DNA of 64,000 bases. Origin: Azolla caroliniana (lineage: Eukaryota > Plantae > Polypodiophyta). Numbering within the stretch: position 1 is the first letter of the stretch; each line of letters begins with the position of its first letter. Where the stretch lies: the NCBI GenBank assembly GCA_043228905.1, contig JBHGNT010000072.1:1-64000 (forward strand), written 5' to 3'. Below the pieces are notes generated by a model, which saw nothing but the letters and a program-made list of their open reading frames with translations, did not search any database and was not told the origin of the DNA. Shown piece after piece: positions 60,801 through 64,000 of this stretch. Made by a program: the position numbers and the translations under genes.

Positions 60801-63800
60801 GAGATCGTTCGAAGACAAAAGCTACAATATACCTACCTTAAGAATCTCACATGTGCCAAAAACCAGATTCCCTCGTTTCTTCTCTTTTCATCTGATTTAC
60901 TTTTATATTTATTGTGTAATATTTATTTTATTTTGATTTGTTCTCAACCATTTTGGCCTCTTAAAAGACGTTAATATATCTTTCTTTCTTCTTCTTCTTC
61001 TTCTTCTCCTAGAAGCCCTTGGTGTTCCTACATATATGCAATGGGGAGTCTATGCACTCTATGAATCCATGTCAGGAGAAGTGCGGTCTCCCAAGGGCTT
61101 GTCAAAGGATGTGGCTAGTAGAATTGGAGTGAAGCAAGGATGCCCACTATCCCCCACTCTCTTCGGTCTCTATATAGATGAGGTATCACATTACATAGAG
61201 AGATTCGGGGGTTCCAGAGCATGCCTAGCAGGTATAGCTATACAAATATTACTATATGCTGATGACATTGTGCTGATTTCTGACTCTCCGGAGGGACTAC
61301 AAAGGCATCTAAATGCCTTAAAACTATTTTGTACGGACAAAGGTTTGTCAATCAACATGGACAAAACTAAAGTGATGGTGTTTAACACCACTCAAGCATG
61401 GGTAACAAGATCAGAACCAGAATTCTTCTTGGGAGAGGAAAAGGTGGAATACACACACTCCTACACATACCTAGGAGTAACATTTACAGGACCTAGGTTC
61501 TCCTTACAGGAGGCTGCTTGTGCCCGACTTTCTCGTGGATATGCAGCCCTTGGTGCTCTCGAGAGACAATGTGCACATTTGCAGTTCCAAGAGCCACGGA
61601 TTAAGCTATGGTTATTTGATACACTTGTCACACCAACTCTTCTCTATGGAGTAGAAACATGGGGACTAAGTCTTAACAAGGCAAATCATTGGAAAGATTT
61701 AGAGAGACCTTTAATGTCAATGATTGCTCGCATGATAAGGAGCAAAGCATCGGTGCCCCACGATATAATCCGGGCAGAGATGGGAGCAGCACCTATAATA
61801 ACCGAGGCATTGTTCCGATCAGTGAAATTTATCCAACGTCTTTGGGAGTTCCCTAAACGAAGGTACCCAAGGTTGGCACTTATGTCATCAAGACAACTGG
61901 CTGAAAATGGAGACACTCATTGTTGGTATGCTGAAATGCAGCAATGGTTCGAGTCATATGGCATGAGGATAAATGCACTACCCCTGTTCGAATATAGCTT
62001 GGATTTTCCCCACCTAAATATGACCAAAGTGGAAAAGAATAGAGTGATCCGAACTGATAGTATTAACTTGGAAAACAAGATAACATGGATCAGCCCCAAA
62101 ATACCACTTGGTACAAAGATGGCCCACTATAAGACACACTTCTTACATACATCGGCGGATGGATTCGTCATGAGGCCACCTTATATGGACATACATCTAT
62201 CCTATGCGCTGCGTAGTGTGATAGGGCAGCTGCAAACTTCATCACATCAACTACAGATTGAGGTAGGAAGATATACACGACTACCTCTAGAAGAGAGAAT
62301 TTGCCAATTGTGTCATCAAGGAGTGGAATCTGAGGAACACTATGTTTGTCATTGTAGTGTCTTTTATGAAACCAGAGGGAGATACCATTGCCTCTTTAAA
62401 CAAGGCTTTGGCCCACTACGCAAGGCAATGGAATATGAGGACCAACGATGCCTAGGACTTTTCTTGCTAGAGCTCAAGAGACATCGGGGAAAGTTGTTGA
62501 AGAATACAACCACACAAGCTCATCCACAAAGAACAATCATAACTTTCTTTAGCCCCATCAATCCTACTAATGCTACAAGTCCATCACGGGATACACAAAT
62601 GGGCTCTAGACCAGGACATAACAAAGGGGTTACAATTGATCGGGCAATAGCAATTTTCCGTGCACGTAGGCCCCGCCCCCATGGACCATGCCCTCGACAC
62701 CCTTGTCATTGACATATAAAAGCCATTATCTCCCGCCATCGTAGGTGCTTCCCTCTCTTCGGAGACATTCCCATTCTGGATCGACCTATGCTAGAGGTCT
62801 TTCGAAGACAAAAGCTACAATATACCTAACTTGAGAATCTCACATGTGCCAAAAACCGGATTCCCTCGTTTCTTCTCTTTTCATCTTATTTACTGTGTAG
62901 TATTTATTTTATTTTGATTTGTTCTCAAAGACAAGACAACACTCAAGATGTAATCTCTTATTTGGTCTTATAGGTCATTTTGGCCTCTTAAAAGACGTTA
63001 ATATATCATTCATTCATTCTTTCTTTCTCTCTCCCAATCCTAATGCTCAGGCTTGGGTACCTTCATTCTTGATTTCATGTTGGCTGACTGAACTTAGCTT
63101 GGTCTACATACAACGGCCAATCTACATCCTGTTAGATAAATTGGGATAATAGACTTTTTGCAGTTTATTTTTAAGAGGTAGTTTAACTTGGATTGCTATT
63201 TTGTCTTTATTAAGAGAAATAAATTTGGGTTCATTCAGATAAGGGCATCCTTATCAGTCGTTGCTCTAGCTGTAACACTGAAGCACTCCTATGATAAAAC
63301 TATGATTAAGTATACTTCTGCTGCAAAGCTAATTTTACGTGTCAATCATAGCACTTATGATGCTGGATGGCAAAGATGGTGGCAGAGAATATATTAAAAT
63401 ATAACTTCACTCTAATGTCACTGAGTTTAGGGGAAAATTTGATTTTTTATTATTATAATTTAAATGGAAAGCCTTTCTGGCTCATAGATCTTTATGAAAA
63501 CTCCAATTTAAAGCTTAACATTTGTTTCTACGAGCTTCATGGTATTCTCTGAAATGCCAGACCATCGTAGAATGGTGTAGCAAAAGTTCTAAAGTAAAGC
63601 TTGACATTTATCTGCGACAAGCTAACACAATGCCATCATAGAGTTGTGTGTCAAAAGCTCTAATTTAAAGCTCAACTTCTAGTTTCTATGAGCTTCATGA
63701 TATTGGCTTAGATGCAACAACATTGTAGAATTGTGTGTTACAAGTTCTAGAAGCTAGTAAAAACAAGGCTGTTAAGATTTTAATTCAGTTACTGTTTGTG

Positions 63801-64000
63801 AATGGTTTAAACACTTGATATCTTGAATAAATGTATCTAAGCATCTATGCCATTTTATGAGATATTGAATCACCCAAATTTATAACTTCTTTTGATGGAT
63901 TATTCTTAGGCCAATTATATACTTTCTGAAATTTCTGTAGGTGGTGCTTCTTGAAGATGATGAAAATGTGATTCACATGCGGAATTTATCATCACATCTT
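57865..64000 (+). CDS. KIF6: Kinesin-9 (KIF6-like) motor, 5' part only (3 exons, continues beyond the window)
   Basis: Exons 57865-58101, 60328-60600, 63941-64000+, all phase 0. [56 protein letters not shown] and LEELPKVVLLED..IHMRNLS closely match KIF6 signature segments as recalled. Confidence 0.9.
58277..58399. repeat. 63-bp-period tandem duplication in kinesin intron 1
   Basis: atgtatataaat(c/a)gtattatcattct..agg.caaataagtgacccatgtgacccaaaga twice. Confidence 0.85.
58620..59800 (+). mobile_element. Old, heavily decayed copy of the RTE/RTEX-like LINE in kinesin intron 1
   Basis: Remnant similarity to 61780-63000 (gcagccccaata..aggcatt.ttcc.atc.gtga, tgatgtcatcaa..caact, tggtat.ctgaaatgc..aatggttc, gctttggcccactac.caag..aatgga.tat, aaagacgagacaac..aagatg.aatct), ending in TTTC repeats. 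Confidence 0.75.
60735..60985 (+). mobile_element. Short 3'-end copy of the RTE/RTEX-like LINE
   Basis: Near-identical to 62729-63006 with an internal deletion. Preceded by (CT)n and followed by (TTTC)(CTT)n. Confidence 0.9.
61009..63033 (+). mobile_element. 5'-truncated non-LTR retrotransposon (RTE/RTEX-like LINE) in kinesin intron 2
   Basis: Starts mid-RT directly after the previous copy's (CTT)n tail and ends in a 3' UTR plus (TTCA)(TTTC)(CT) tail. Confidence 0.9.
61036..62712 (+). CDS. Truncated LINE ORF2: RT C-terminal half + C-terminal zinc finger (uninterrupted 558 aa)
   Basis: GVKQGCPLSPTLF, LLYADD, INMDKTKVMVF, YTYLGV, SHQLQIEVGRY...ICQLC...ESEEHYVCHC. Confidence 0.88.
   Translation: MQWGVYALYESMSGEVRSPKGLSKDVASRIGVKQGCPLSPTLFGLYIDEVSHYIERFGGSRACLAGIAIQILLYADDIVLISDSPEGLQRHLNALKLFCTDKGLSINMDKTKVMVFNTTQAWVTRSEPEFFLGEEKVEYTHSYTYLGVTFTGPRFSLQEAACARLSRGYAALGALERQCAHLQFQEPRIKLWLFDTLVTPTLLYGVETWGLSLNKANHWKDLERPLMSMIARMIRSKASVPHDIIRAEMGAAPIITEALFRSVKFIQRLWEFPKRRYPRLALMSSRQLAENGDTHCWYAEMQQWFESYGMRINALPLFEYSLDFPHLNMTKVEKNRVIRTDSINLENKITWISPKIPLGTKMAHYKTHFLHTSADGFVMRPPYMDIHLSYALRSVIGQLQTSSHQLQIEVGRYTRLPLEERICQLCHQGVESEEHYVCHCSVFYETRGRYHCLFKQGFGPLRKAMEYEDQRCLGLFLLELKRHRGKLLKNTTTQAHPQRTIITFFSPINPTNATSPSRDTQMGSRPGHNKGVTIDRAIAIFRARRPRPHGPCPRHPCH

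Overview
Eukaryotic, AT-rich, intron-containing land-plant nuclear DNA. It is most likely a fern or another lineage with flagellated sperm: it carries a KIF6-type kinesin-9 and a long fern-style PLS PPR gene. Host genes reconstructed by hand with GT-AG junctions in consistent phase: a small secreted His/Gly-rich protein (5-280), an SSUH2-like zinc-finger gene (7 exons, minus), PALE CRESS (6 exons, minus), a PLS-E PPR gene (minus), HMG-CoA synthase (12 exons, plus), an intronless ~945-aa Ser/Pro-rich secreted protein ending in a single DUF26/Gnk2 domain (minus), and the first three exons of the kinesin-9 (plus, runs off the window). Mobile DNA: an intact Ty1/copia element with apparently identical 284-bp LTRs and a 5-bp TSD, a decayed near-full-length L1 LINE interrupted by an LTR-like insert, a second L1 3' fragment, five copies/fragments of an RTE/RTEX-like LINE family tied to microsatellites, and MITE-like hairpins. 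Best novelty candidates: (1) the giant HRGP/mucin-stalk + DUF26 chimera; (2) a 4-copy 178-bp array of the PPR E-domain that rewrote the protein's C-terminus and was then hit by the copia element; (3) LINE copies stacking in each other's microsatellite tails. All identifications come from reading the sequence and from recalled family motifs; no database searches were run.
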